Shown in pieces: positions 35,543 to 48,745 of a stretch of DNA of 64,000 bases. Origin of the DNA: Lama glama. Taxonomy: Eukaryota. Location of the stretch: contig CM052832.1 in NCBI GenBank assembly GCA_028534125.1, forward strand, positions 34,658,001 through 34,722,000, given 5' to 3'. How positions within the stretch are numbered: the stretch's first letter is position 1; each line of letters opens with the position of its first letter. The translations under genes and the position numbers were made by a program. The notes under the pieces are model-generated. The model did not search any database and was not told where the DNA came from. It saw only the letters and a list, made by a program, of their open reading frames with translations.

Positions 35543-38500
35543 CTGGGGGAGGAAAAAGAGAGAAGTGACATCTCTCTACTTTACTCAACACACGATGAAA
35601 AGAAAAGTCCACCTGAGGTTTCTTGAAAAGGTCTCCAAGCCCCACAACATCAAGCCCTGGTCAGCGCCTGGGCTGGAGCTGCCTCGGCTGTGGGTCCGAG
35701 GAGGGCGCCCCCCGCTGCGTGTGGCGGGAGTTCTCTGTGAGGAGTTCCCGAGACACACAGCTGCCGCTGACTTGCTGGGGGTGGGCCCCGCCCCCGCCCC
35801 AGGGTCCGTCTGGGCCCCTGAACGCTCACTGCACACAGTGACCCCACACAGCCACCCCGTGACAGAGGTGCCCACCCAGTGTAGGTTCCCCGAGCCCTAA
35901 AGCCAGTCTGCCTGACCATCCAAAAACCTCATCTTCTCCCCAGCCTGCTCCCCCTCGCGGAGGTGGGTCCTGTCTGCTCCTGCCCCAGTGCTGGGAGGTG
36001 GGAACTGCAGCTCCGACCCTGCCCGGCCTCACTGGCTGAGTGGCCCCAGGAACCTCACTCAGCCTCCCTTGGCCTCACTTACGAAGCGGGAGTGATGCCT
36101 TACAGGCTGAGATGAAGGAACAAAGGCCAACGTGCTTTTCAAACCCTGAAGTCCTGCACGAGGACGGCTCTGCGCTCTTTCCTTCTGCCCCTGAGCTTTT
36201 CAGCCATTCACGCCCAGCTGTGCGTGCCAGCCTGTTCCAGACAGGTCGGTGGGTGGAGTACAAACTACAGACCATGTGCTTTTCCAGGTCTCCCGCCTCT
36301 GAATGGCTTATAAAGAACAAAACCCCTCAAGCTGCCCACGGACCAAGTTCACAACACCTACTGAGGACTGACTGTTTAGCAGGAGCTCTGCTGAACTGCA
36401 AGGGATTCAGAGGTGAGTAGAGTGTGGTTCCAGCTGCACTAACCAGGTCTGAGTCTCATGAGGGCCAACAAAGCCAACAAGAGTGGGAGCAGGTGGCGCA
36501 CAACCAGCCGGGCGGCTGCTGGCTGGACCAGGGTAGCCGGCACAGAGGACACTGAGTGGCAGCCATTGCCCACAGACTCCAGGCTCTTGCCTGAAACCTG
36601 ACTGCCCAGCAGGGCGAGGTGTGCTTCTGCTAATGTTCCCAGGAACAAGCACTCTCAGATGTGAACCCACCGGGTGACTGAGGGCATCGCAACTCTACCC
36701 CCAAAGCCCGCTTGGTGTAAAACAGGTGAGGAAAGATTCCTGCTGGGACCCTGAAACCTGAAGACCTCAGCGCAGGGCTGTGAAGCAGAAGCCAAGGAGG
36801 CCGAGCCGCGAGGCAGGCAGGGGTGCAGGGTGGGCCCCGGGGCCACGCCCCGCAGCGGGGGTGAAGGCTGGGGGCTGGGAGCGTCCACCCTGCCTCCCAA
36901 GTGACATCAGCCATGGCGCCGGCGGAGAGCTCCCTGGTGACGGACGTGCTGATGCCGGGCAGATGTCTTCCATCACAGCGATGCTGCCTGGGCGGCAGAG
37001 CGCCCCGTCCCATCTTCCCTCCCGTTCGGCCACGGGGCAGGAGGTGGGGCGGGGCTCCCGGAAACTTCCCCTTCGTGGTAACTGGAAGGTGTCTCCACCC
37101 CAGGTTTCCTGCCGGGGAGGCTGAGGAGTGGACTCACACCCGTAAGTGTGTCCGCCGCCCTGCGACCACAGGTGGCAGGCCTCGGGGGTGGAGGGTGGTG
37201 GGATGGGGTTGGAAGGAGGGCTCCCAGGAGCTGCTGCCCAGGCCTGAAGCACCCACGAGGCTTCCTGTAAATCAGTCTCTTTATAACTTAAAACACTGTT
37301 CAGTCAGATATTCTGCTACTTACAGCGGATACAAGCTACGTGGTATCAGGTGCAACAGCTTTAAAGACACTGAGCCACTGGATTGGCTGAGAAGTGGCTC
37401 CAGGCTGCCCGTCTGCCATCTGCCTCGTGGTTTATGCAGTGTGGCAGTCGTCTGCCTCCGCATAGAGGCAGACCGTGTAGAGCAGACAGGCCAGAGGGCC
37501 CTGTAGGTCCAGGGCCAGTCCACCCAGAACCCAGGCTCACCCCAACTGCAGGCTAGAAGCTGGCGGGTGCGGCTAGAGGGCACACACCTCTGTCCACTAG
37601 GCCGGCCACATTGGGGCACCCAACAGTTTCCAAGAGGCCCTCCCCATGCCTGCAGCCCATGCTTTTGCCAGAACACCTTCCCAGAAAAGGAAGAGCAAAT
37701 CCAGAAGTAAATGAACACACTGAGAAGGCCCCACCAGCTGGGCGGACTCACTGTTCGGGGACGTGTCGGTGCTGAGGGGTCTCCAGCATTTTGCAAAGAC
37801 GACAGCTGAGTGCCTTGACTGAAACCTCAGAGTGGGAACAGCGTCTCATGTCTGCCTTTTACACCTGCAGGTCCCGAACCACAGGCACTATGGAACCAGG
37901 TCGTAAATAGGGTGTAGGATGGGGTTCAGGAGTCAGAGTAAGAGACTGGGGGTGGGATGTGGTCAGCAGGGTGACATCCAAGGAACTGACAGCCAAGGAG
38001 CCGGGAAGAGGTGCCCCCGGCCTTTCTGCACCAAGTGTCAAGTCCAGAAAAATCCGGATGGCCCCTGTCAGCACAGTGTGGGGACAAGACTGCAGGGCCC
38101 CGCCCAGGAGGGCCGATGTCAACGAAGGGGCTGCTCAGGGCCCTGCCACGGACTTAGCTCACGAACACAACTGGCATGAGGCCAGGCCAGGCGGACATTC
38201 CTAGAAGTGCCGCTTCCAAGGAAAGCCAGGAGCAGGCGCGCTCAGTGCTGCTGGGGTGGGTTATTTCCAGGGAAGCTCATGACATAAGCCCGAGCCCGGT
38301 CACCACACTTCCTCCTCCACGGCGGGAAACACCCAGGGCTCCAGCCCTCACATTGCTCAACTCCTGACTGCGGAGCGCGTCCCACCACCGCTACTTCAGT
38401 GGCACCGGTTCCCCATTCCTGAGCTTCGCTCTTCACCTTTACTTGGTTCCGTCACAGGAGAGCCAGCTGGGCTCGTCCAGAAGCGAGCACGCCTACACAC

Positions 38501-41500
38501 TTGTGCTGCTCCCGGCAGCCGCAGGGAACTTGTGGGCTGGCGAGAGGCGTCCTCAGGGCCCAGCTAACAGCCTGGCCACTGCCACCGTCCCTCCCTCCTC
38601 TGCGTCACTGACCAAGCACCCCTACCCCTCCCTCTCATCCAGAGGCCGAGAGCAGTACCAGCCAGGTTTCCTTGACCTTCAGGAAGGGTGGTGGATAGAT
38701 CTAGCAACACTGCACGGCACGATGCTCGCTTTTGAGGCTGAACAATTGCTTCTTACTGCGAGATCGCAAGCCTTGGAGGCTGTGATCCCCCGTGGGATCT
38801 GAGGCAGCGCTGTCCTGCCGAGGAGGACCCTGCTTGTGGGAGACGTGGACGAGCACCTGGGGTGGCAGCTGGGCTCACCCCAAAGCCAGCAGCACCAGAC
38901 CAGGCTGTACAGACAGCACGAGCCACACGCTCCAGGCTGCTTCTCCCTCCCTGAGCAGAAACCCCGTAAGATTTTTTTTCTCCCAAAAAGCAATGTTTAA
39001 AAAGAGGTGAGGGGAACGTCCTCCCTGGGCCCAGGTGCTAGAGGGCAGGCTCAGGTCAGAGGGCGGCTTCCTCCTGGGTGACCTGTCCCTCTCACCCCAC
39101 CCAGAGAGAGGCGAGAAGCAAGGAAGCCTCCTCCCCCGGGCAGACCGCGCGTGGCCTTCGGCACGTTTGCGTTCCCTACAAGCCGACATCTGGAGGGAAG
39201 CTGGGGGAATGTGAGTACTGCACTTCCATTTTGCCAGAAAAGGTCACTTTAAAAACAAGCAAAAGAGCAAACAGTGCTCTCCGCCATCTACCATACCGCA
39301 TCTCACAAAGAGCAGCCCCACGCCAGCAATCACGGGCAACGGCGTCCAAGACGGAAACGTAAGTTCTTCAGTTGAGTAAGTGAAGTCTCACGGAAAACAC
39401 AGTACACCTTTTCCACATATTTCTGAGGGCTGCCAAGTCCCCAGGGGTCATGCCTGTGCGTGTGCGCGTGTGCACACACGTGTGCAGCTCCGTCGGCAAG
39501 CAAGACCACAGCACTCCAAGGGCCCACACAGCTCTGATCTTGCAAAACTGCTTCTTATAATGAAAACGAGGAAAAATGTGACCGAGAGAAAGAGAGAGTG
39601 TAAAGTACAGACACGAGCTACACCAGACGCACAGGCAGGAGGTGCAACGAGCCAGGAGGCTCTGACGTCTCAGACGCAAGCTCTCTGCATCACTAGTGCC
39701 TCTTCCCCACAAAAACCTCAGGAAGCTTAGAACCTGCTTGACTCTCAAGACTCTTGTCGCAAGGCTCTGCTGTGAAGACGTCGGGCTGCCAGCTCCACAG
39801 CACAGGCCAGGAGGCTGGCTCCAGAGGGAACACAAGAAAGGTAGGTGTTTCCTTATGGTGTCCAAATGCGAATGCCAATTTAATAAATATTAAGTGAGAA
39901 TGGATAAAACAGGCCAGCCAATGGGTATCTCCAACCATTCACTCTCAAGACACATTAACAGCCCTTACTTGAATAGGCGGAAACCAGAATCGAGTTTTTA
40001 GACTTCTAGTGTCCATCAACAACCCTCTGACTGCCTCACCTAACACTGCAGAAATCCTGAGAGAGAGATTTTGGACAGGAGAAGTGAGGCTAAAATGACT
40101 TGCCTGAGGAAGCACAGAGAGAAAGCAAAACCAAGTATTTCCAAAAGCCTCAGCTCACTCGACCGCCGCACGCCAGCCACTCGGAGGAGGTGTGTGCGTC
40201 CGACACAAGTCCTGGGATGTAAACTCTGATGGTGCGAGTCAGGCAGAAGCACTGGCCCGGGTCTGAGGCTACCGCCACTGCGAGAGCTGGAACTTCCTGG
40301 CTTTGCGGAGCAGGGTGGTGGGGGACTGGGCTGAAATTCTAACGTGTTACTGTCATCTCAAACCAGGTTTCTGCATTTTAATTCCTGGAAGATCAGAGAG
40401 GGGGTTTGTGAGGAGCACGGCCAAGACAGAAAGCTGACCTTTCTGGAGCGTCTGCTGGGACTGAAAGCAGTTCATCTCCAAAGGCCACGGGCCTCTTCAT
40501 ACGCGTAATTAGCAAGAAGAATTCCTGTTGGCATAGGGTTTGTGGGGAAAGAGTTAGGATATAAAACCTTAAATTATATCCAAAGTTGGAAATAATTTTT
40601 AAAATCTGTAATGAAGTTTTAAAGAATAAGCAATACACTTTTGTAGAATTAATTCTGTCACTGCACATAGGAACGGCTAGGCACCAGGAAGTCATGGTGG
40701 CCGAAGGACTGCCAGTTCTCACTGGGCTCCCCGAGCACCGGGAGGGCCCGTCTCCTGACCGTCTGCCTCGGTGGACGACACAGCCGCCGAGGGTGCATCA
40801 CCGGCGGGTGGTGAGCAAGGCTGCTCGCAGGGAGGTGGGTCTTAAGAACAGTCGAGTGTTCCGCTGGCCGATGTCGACCGTCGCACCACATCGTGGACAC
40901 CTGCTCACATTAAAAGGTGCACTGTGCTTCCATGAAGCGTCCGAACAGCCAGCAAGAACCCAAAGCTACTGCGCAGGCTGCCTCCCAGCACACGAAGACA
41001 CTCAGGTTCCAAGCATAACCTCCCGATCTCCGTACTACTTCAGTAAGGCAGGAAGCATTTACAGCATCACGGGCACTTACGCAGCCAAAGCCTTACGCAT
41101 ATGTAAGCTCTGGAATTTCTAACGGGTCAGAAGTAAAAGGTTCCCCGGGAGACACACACGTGCCCGTGAACACAGCTCCCAGCAGCACAGTGCCATTTCT
41201 CCTGCCTTTCGATGAGCTGTGGTCTCGACTTCCTTTTCCAGGTGAAGCAGAGGTCTGCTGCCGCACGACTTCATTCCTTCTCCAAAACAGCAGCCCCGGC
41301 ACAGCCCACGGCCCCGCCCACAGCGGCCCCAGGCTCAGACACTGCGACAACTGCGTCCCACCCCACACTCTCATCCCAATATAAAGAAAGGGTTACAAAG
41401 GCAAACCACACGTCTTAACAAGACCCCTGTACATATTTGGGACAGGAGAGAACCGGTTCAAATCTTAGGAGCTGGTCCTCTGGCCCCAGGTTGACAGATG

Positions 41501-41689
41501 ACGTGAAGTGACCCAGGAGATGTCAGAAGTCAGGCGAGCGGCTGCGGCACCATCCGCCCCACCCCTTCCCCGGGTCGTGTCTGCCCAGCAGCTCACTGGG
41601 CCTCCAGAGCACCAAACCCATCTTTCCTGTAACTCTCAAGATGCATTAATATACTTTGAGTAAAACATACTCTTATTTTCAAAAGTGCT

Positions 41690-41860
41690 CAGCGGTCACA
41701 GGGAACACTTTCACATACATGATCTCATCTCTGAAAATCCTGAAGGCAGGCATTCTCAGATGAGAGAACTGAAGTTTGGATGGGTTAAAATGACTTGCCC
41801 AAGGCAGATGGAGCTGGTTTTGAATCTGAGATTTCTGACTCCGGGTCTGCTGCTCACTGG
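41690..41860 (-). mobile_element. MIR relic
   Basis: cagatgagagaactgaagtttggatgggttaaaatgacttgcccaaggc...tttgaatctgagatttctgactcc. Confidence 0.75.
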
Positions 41861-43204
41861 CCGCACAGCACAGGACCACTCAGCAGGCAGTCTGCACTGG
41901 GTGGGTCAGGACCCTTGTCCTGGACGTCGAGGGGCCTGACTCCAGCAAAGCTGAGAAGTTCTGGGAACAGCTCGAGCACAGTGGCCACCTGCTCTGACCA
42001 CCAACGCCTAGGAGGTGTTGGTCTGATTCTTCCAAAGAGTCACAATGCCAACCAGCTATTGACAAGTTCAACAGTATATCAGAATCTCGGTTTGAGATAA
42101 GAGCAAAGCAACCGCTCTAAAAATAGCCACCAAAACATGGGCAGAAGATTGCTGTGGTCTCGAGAGAAAGGCAGTGGCTTACTTCCTTCCGTGCACACCA
42201 TGCCCTGCAACCACTTCTGTTTCTTGACACGACTGGTAACCAAGGAAGTGCTCTGACACTTCTCCTTCAGACCTAGGCTACCGCTGTCCTCCTAGGGCCC
42301 TACGAAATCTTCCCTTCACCATCCTCGGTCTCACAGACTGGCTTCTGTGACACACGGAGAGGCAGCGTGGGACACAGGCCATGGGTGGGATGTACCTGCC
42401 CGCGTCCAGCTCCTCCCCTCTTCCTGGGTCTGACACTGCACCTCCTGCCTGCTCGTGCCCCTCCTCCTCTCCACACCAATGCCTCTGACTGCAGCTGCCC
42501 CCCTTTTAAAAGGTGGATGCCACAAAGTTACTGCATACCCTGTGGTCTCTCCGCTTCCCAGCAGTGAAAAACCAAGGCTGGCTGCTAGTCCAGCACTGGC
42601 CAGGTCTCAGAGGGGCGGGGCCCTTGGGATCCAGAGACTACATGGTCTGCACTTCTCATACGTAGGACTTGCAGGCAGCAGAGCTTAAGAATCATGCCAA
42701 TGGGTCCTGGGAAGCCTGTGGCCTCCCAACTTCACAAACATCGCAGCTTACAGGTTCCCTGGTGAGGTGCAGAAACCAGTGATTCCAGAAGGGTTGTGGT
42801 GTCCGACCTGAACTGCACAAGCAGGTGAGCCTGAGAGCGGAGGCTGGGTCACTGGATGCACAGCACAGCCAGGTTACTGACTTCTTGCCTCTCGGCCTGC
42901 ACGGCTCAAAACCCAGGCTTCGAGAAAGCTCTCACCCACTCCACGTCATCCTGGGCACTTCTGGACCCGGGGAGTGTGACGTCATAGCTGCAACCTTGGA
43001 GGGTCTTCGGGCTCCCGCCCCCCCACCCCCAGGTTCTGCCCAAGCCTAATCCCACGGGTCTGGGATGACGGGGAGGGGGGTCTGGAAAGGAGAGCAAGCA
43101 CGACTCTGGAGGGAGGACAGAGTGAAAGCAGCATCAGAGATGTGCTTGGCCGTGGGGAAGGCAGAGCAGGGCTCCTTCAACCAGGAAACCTAGTCTCTCA
43201 AAGA

Positions 43205-43540
43205 GACACTGGGTGGCCAGTAGCCCCTGAAGCTCTGGGCACTTGAAATGCAGCTGTCCAAGTGGAAATGGGAAGTACTCAATTATTTTGCTTTTTTAAG
43301 TATAAAAAGCATACCAGACTTTGAAGGCTTAGTATGAATAAAAGGATGTAAAATATCTTTTTTTTTAATATTGAGCACATGCTGAATTGATAGTATTTTG
43401 GATATATTGGGTTAAATAAACATATTATTAAAATTATCATCACCCGTTTCTTTCTAACTTATTCAATGTGGTTCCTAGGAAATTTAAAATCACACACGTG
43501 TGACTTGCATTTGTGGCTCATATTCCATTTCCATGGGACA
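43205..43540. mobile_element. MER33-like (hAT-Charlie) relic
   Basis: gcacttgaaatg...ataccagactttgaaggcttagtatga...tattttggatatattgggttaaataaaacatattattaaaatt...aggaaatttaaaatcacac. Confidence 0.8.
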
Positions 43541-43796
43541 AGACACGGCAGCTTCTAGGGAGAGGGCGAGCAAGCTGAAGGTCTGGTTTGAGGCACCCTT
43601 TACGAGATAAGCCTCCTTTGACGCACACCCGACGGGCAGCGCTGTCTGGCGAAGGACCGGCAAGCAGGGAGCACAGACCTCTGTGGGCCTCCCGCCTCCC
43701 TGCAGGCGTCAAGGTCCCATCGGCTCTGATGCCTTCACAGTCCTTTATTTGCTTTTAATATGCCCAAATAATACAGGGGGGAGAAAAGCAACTTAC

Positions 43797-43846
43797 AGGT
43801 TTTGAGATGGTGAATCCGCTGCTGGAATGCACAGGTATTTAACCCC
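43797..43846 (-). CDS. DUSP22: DUSP22 coding exon 4 (50 nt), GVKYLCIPAADSPSQN(L), containing the catalytic Asp (D57 in human numbering)
   Basis: On the minus strand the acceptor is TTTTTTATCATTCTACAG|GGGGTT and the donor is CCT|GTAAGT. Phase 0 to phase 2. Confidence 0.96.
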
Positions 43847-46800
43847 CTGTAGAATGATAAAAAATAAAATAAAATGATGATACTTAGTGAAGAAAAACAT
43901 TTAAAGGAACTATTTACTCAGGTCAAAATAAAAAGTAAAAAGGAGAAGTTTTCCACTCATCTTTTGTTGCCAAGGAACTGGGGAAAACTCTTTAATTAAG
44001 GTTCCTGGTTATTTTCCATGACCATGCACACAAACATTCATACTCTAGTTTGCAAACAGCTTGGAGGTTAGAGTGTATCAAAAAAGCAAAACAATTGAGT
44101 ACTTCCCATTAAGCGTCCACAAGTTCCAAGACTGTTATCTCAGATGCTTGTTCACAAATTCTACTTTTTAACTCTATTGCATTTAAGATCCTGACTGGTC
44201 AGAAAGGAAACGCTGACAGTAGAAACAGTAACACGATGACAGGTTATGGGACAGTCGGAGGGTTGGGGGGTTGCAACGCCACTGGTGCGGGACAGGGCCT
44301 CACACACAGGAAACAATGTGATTTATTTTGCTTGCTGTTCAGAAGAGTAAAAGTTTGCAAACCAAACTGATATTTTTTTTTTAAAGAATGACCCAATTTC
44401 AAAAAATGATCTTCATATAGTTTGCTACAAAATCTATAAAAATGTTTATGTAAATTCATGCTACAAAAATCATGGTAAGTTTGAGTTTTATTAAAACCTT
44501 GGTTGCTTCTTCTTTGTAGGGACGTAAAGCACAGTGCAAAAGGTCTTCCATGTTAAGTAAAGATATAAAATCTAGATCGGTCTCAGTGACCTTTGCAAAA
44601 GAATATGGTTTCACTAAGACTTAATGAACCACTTTTAAAACTTCCTCTCTTGGTAGCCTAACCTAATAGAACCTGGCCACCATATCATAGATAATTAATG
44701 AGGGACACATACCAGAAACTAGAAAAATAACTGACCTAAGAGAGAAAACGAAGGAGAGAAATGTAGGATCGTGGCACAGACAGCCAAGAGTCCCTCAGCA
44801 GTCAAAGTCGAAACAACTTGTCTTGCAGAATTATTTGCAACTTTTCCACAGCAGGTCATTAACGTTCTACTGTCAGGGCAGGTGGTCAGAAACCCCTGTG
44901 CAGCATCTGCTTGTGCAGTGTGCTGTGAGGAACGGCGTGGTCCTTCCCCACGGCGGAAATCCCACTTTTCAACACAGAAGCTACGTTAAACCAGATTTCT
45001 CAACCTCCTCTGCTGCTGGGTGTAGACTCAGGCCTGGTTTCATCAGCTGACACACCTACGAGAGGCGGATTTGAAAACAGGACATGGAAGAGTAAGACAG
45101 GTAAAGAGCACCTGTGTGGCAGGTGCAGGTGGCGGACGTGGTGGGAGATCAGGTGGCAGCTGTGTGCTGCGGTCTGGGTGCTGCTCCTGGAGCTTCAGCT
45201 GGAAGCCTGTTTCCCCAGCTCCTCCGAGGAGACCACAAGCGCTCAGCTGTCTCTTCACAAAACACCTTCCCGCTGGAGCAGCTCAGAGTGGAATCTGCTG
45301 TCTGCATCTAAGACCCAAGCGACACAATTCCCCTTCCTTCCCCACGAGAGGTCAAAACAGAGTTTCCTGCTTAATTCACATGTGTGTATTTTGAGTTTTG
45401 GGTCCACCATTACATCCTGCACCACAGGCTCTTCTGAGTCTCGACAAAAATGAGTCCTACTGCCGCTCGCCCGCACAGGGCCACACAGGCCCAGGTGCAG
45501 AGGGCGGCTGCTGGCAGGAGGCCGTCGAGCAGCAGAGCTGCCCACCCAGCCTCACTCTGCCGCGCTGCCTGCACTGCCTTGGGACGCTGCTGGGCGCTTC
45601 CAGGGACGCTGCTGGGCGCAGAGTCGCAGCTGCCTGAGGTTCCGAAGCACCTCCAAGCCAGGCAGGCTTCAGAGCCCAGGTTTAAAGGGAAAGAAAGCGT
45701 AAAAGGAAACAACACTGTGAAAAGCTGTCTCACTCCGTCCGTCCCGTGCCCGGTGTGGACACGCGCTGCCCCTCACGCGTCCGTGGGGAAATGACTCAAC
45801 TGCCTTTTCCATCTACTCGTGAGTGAGAGTCAGCCAGGGATCAGGCCCAGAGGCTTGGGAAACGCCTTCCGCCCACACACGCCCCCCACCTTCCCTTGCC
45901 TCGTCCTTCCAGGGACCGGGAGGGAGGCTCTCGGGTTCCACTGTCCCTTCCACGCGGGCTGTCGGCGAGAGCAGCGCCAGACGACAGGGTGAAAACGCCT
46001 GCTCGCGCTGACGGAGCCCACGTAACCGAACGCCGGCCCGGCCCGCAGGTCGGGAGGAAGGAAACACAAAGAAATGGAGGACAGCCAGAGGGGCGGCTCT
46101 CAGTCCTTACGAGCGTCTCCCGTGAACACAGGCCCCGGCAGGAAGCCCCTGCCTTTGTGGTGCCTGACGCACAGGAGCAAACCGGGAGCAGTGCCCGGGG
46201 TGTCCCGGTGTCCACGCCCCCAGGGGACCAGGAGGGAGCTGCCGGCCACGTAGGGTCCTCACCCTCCTGAGCTGTGCTGGCGGCAGCAGCTACAGCTTCC
46301 CGTCCGTGAGGCATCTAAGGAAGAGCCGAGGGCCTCCCATCCGCACCTCCGCGGATCCCCTACCCAAAGGCAGGCACAGGAAACGTAACAGAGCAACAGC
46401 AAAAACCACCTTCCCTGGAGCGATGCCGGGCAGACAGCAGGCACTCACTAATGTCTGCTGAGTGACGAGAACTAGGTGGCACCGACTGACACGGAGGCCA
46501 CACCAGACCAACACTGCAAAGGGCCCACGCCTCATTCTGGTGACCACAGAACGAGAGAGCTGGGCTGGCAGCCATGCCACGCAAGGCACACGGCACGCGT
46601 GCTCTGACAGCAGCCTCCCACCTGCCTCCTCCAACGGGACGCAGCCAGGAAGCGGCTCACCAGAGAACGACAATAAGGAACTATGCAAATTCAGTGAAGA
46701 AAGGAGTCAAAACTGTCAAAAAGGTTCAGTTGCTCGCCACCCAAGAACATCTATTTATCTTAGCTTAGTCATTAACAAACACGAAAATGCTTCCCTCTCG

Positions 46801-48544
46801 GAGGCCACAGACGGCAGAACACGAGGGACCTGAGAAGGGGCTCCAGATGCCTGCACCCTCGCACGGTTCAGTCAATTACTAATTCAGAAAGCAGCGAGAG
46901 GGCCTCAAGGCTGCGAGGAGGCCAGACAGGCTTAAAGTAGCCCTGGTGTCACAGGGCTGGGCTCTGCCAACGTTCTAACGTGACGGGGAACGGACTGTTC
47001 ACCTACTTGGACCCCAACAAGGGCCATTCACCGCTGGAGTTCGTACAGGCAGAGACGAGGGATGAGGTATGTTTAGCTAAATTATGGAAAGTTTAGCAAA
47101 AAAAGAAAGAACATCTCATTAGAGGAAAAAACCCTGGAACAAGCTGAAAACTTCGTAAGCAATAAAGACAGCTGCAGTATCTCCACTGCTGTAGAATGTC
47201 CTGTGTGGCACTCCTCCGTCATACTCCCTCCAGCATGAAAAGTCCCTCAGACTGGTTACCTCCCTTGAACTAAAATTCTCACTAAGCAAATAAAAACTCA
47301 GTACTTCCATGATACTTCAGGAAAGTGACTAGTGGAAAACCTTTAGGAAGCAATAAATGTCAAGTTACAGATCTTCAGTTTGCAGAGCTGGCCCGAGCAG
47401 GCGCTGAAGCCCGAGAGCAAGCTCGCTGAGACGGTCGAGGTTTCTAGGAAAAGGAGCGGCGACTGACGGCTTTGGGCTGCCGGACATTCTGCATGGCCTC
47501 CCGCGTCCTGTGCTGATGAGCCAGGCACCGGGGTGGGGGGGGGAGAGGCAGATGCGCACGCAGTAATCACAATGCCGAGTGACGCATCAGCGAGCGTGAA
47601 GTGTGCGGGGAGAACGTCAGGGAAACACAGGAAAGAAGTGAGAGCGGGCGAGGCCCCCAGGGCAGCTCTGCGAGGGCGCCTGTGCCAGGCTCTGGAAGAA
47701 GCCATCGGCACTTCTTGGCTGAGAAGAAAGTGTATTCCAGAGGTTTTTCCTGAAGAAAGGTGAAAGCTTTCTACGTGCGTGTTCTCAAAAGTCGTAACAT
47801 TTTTCAGTTTTCTGTTTCAACACCACCAAAAGCACAGTTTCTGCCTTTCTTTGGGCCTGAAACCAGATCACACTCAGATGATGCGACGGCAAGTACTTGA
47901 AAAGCAGGGCCAAGATTCTGATTTCAGGACCAGTAAAAGGCTCAAACTCTCGTTTGTTTCAAGTACAATTTCTAAAATTCGCTGCTCTTTTCTTTCTGAA
48001 ACAGCACAAGTAAGAGTCTCCTGAAGAACTCAGCTGACATGCTGCCTTCCAGAGAGAGCCCTTCAGAGTCTGTCTGCTCTCTCCCAGTGCAGCCAGCGAG
48101 GACCAGCCAGAAAATCACCCCACTTTCTGCAGGGCAGGAGAGGGAGTCCCCTGGGGGGCCTGAATTGGAAAATGCAAGCAACAGCGACACAGTTAGGAGC
48201 CCTGGTTTCTCACCTATCCCACTCAGGGCCCGGAGAAACCAAGGTGCACACGAGGGCCCCCCGCAGAGACGGCGCTGGTGCTTGGACAAGCACGACTCTG
48301 CAGCCCCGCACGCCCCTCACCGCCTGACGTCACACGCCCACCCACGGGCTGAGAAAGGACGGCCAGGACCCCGAGAAGAGCTAACGTCACCACATTCCCA
48401 ACAACCTCGGACTCCAGAAAAGAAACATAAAATTAAAAAAACTAAATTTGAACTGTCTGATCAGAAGCAAGATCACAGTTTATACACTAAGAAGAAAAAG
48501 TCTTTCCCACTTGAGACAGTCACTCTCTCCACGCCCTCTTTGTC

Positions 48545-48745
48545 ATAAAACAGACATAACATAAAATTTACCATTTTAACCATTTTTAAGTGTTCAGCTC
48601 ACAGGCATTAAATATATTTACATTTTCATCTTCGAGAATGGAAACTAGGTCCCCATTAGACACTAACTCCCGCCCTCCCCCAGCGCCTGGCAACCTCCAT
48701 TCTACCTTCTGTCCCTGAATTTGACAACTTCCACACTTTCATACA
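48545..48745 (-). mobile_element. L1MA/MB 3' fragment
   Basis: cataacataaaatttaccattttaaccatttttaagtgt...cctggcaacctccattctaccttctgtccctgaatttgac. Confidence 0.8.

Noticed and set aside
45750-46330. CpG-rich patches (also ~9250-9460 and ~21380-21720) as alternative promoters
   Set aside because: CpG is elevated throughout the window, including in dead repeats, so regional GC bias explains them more simply.
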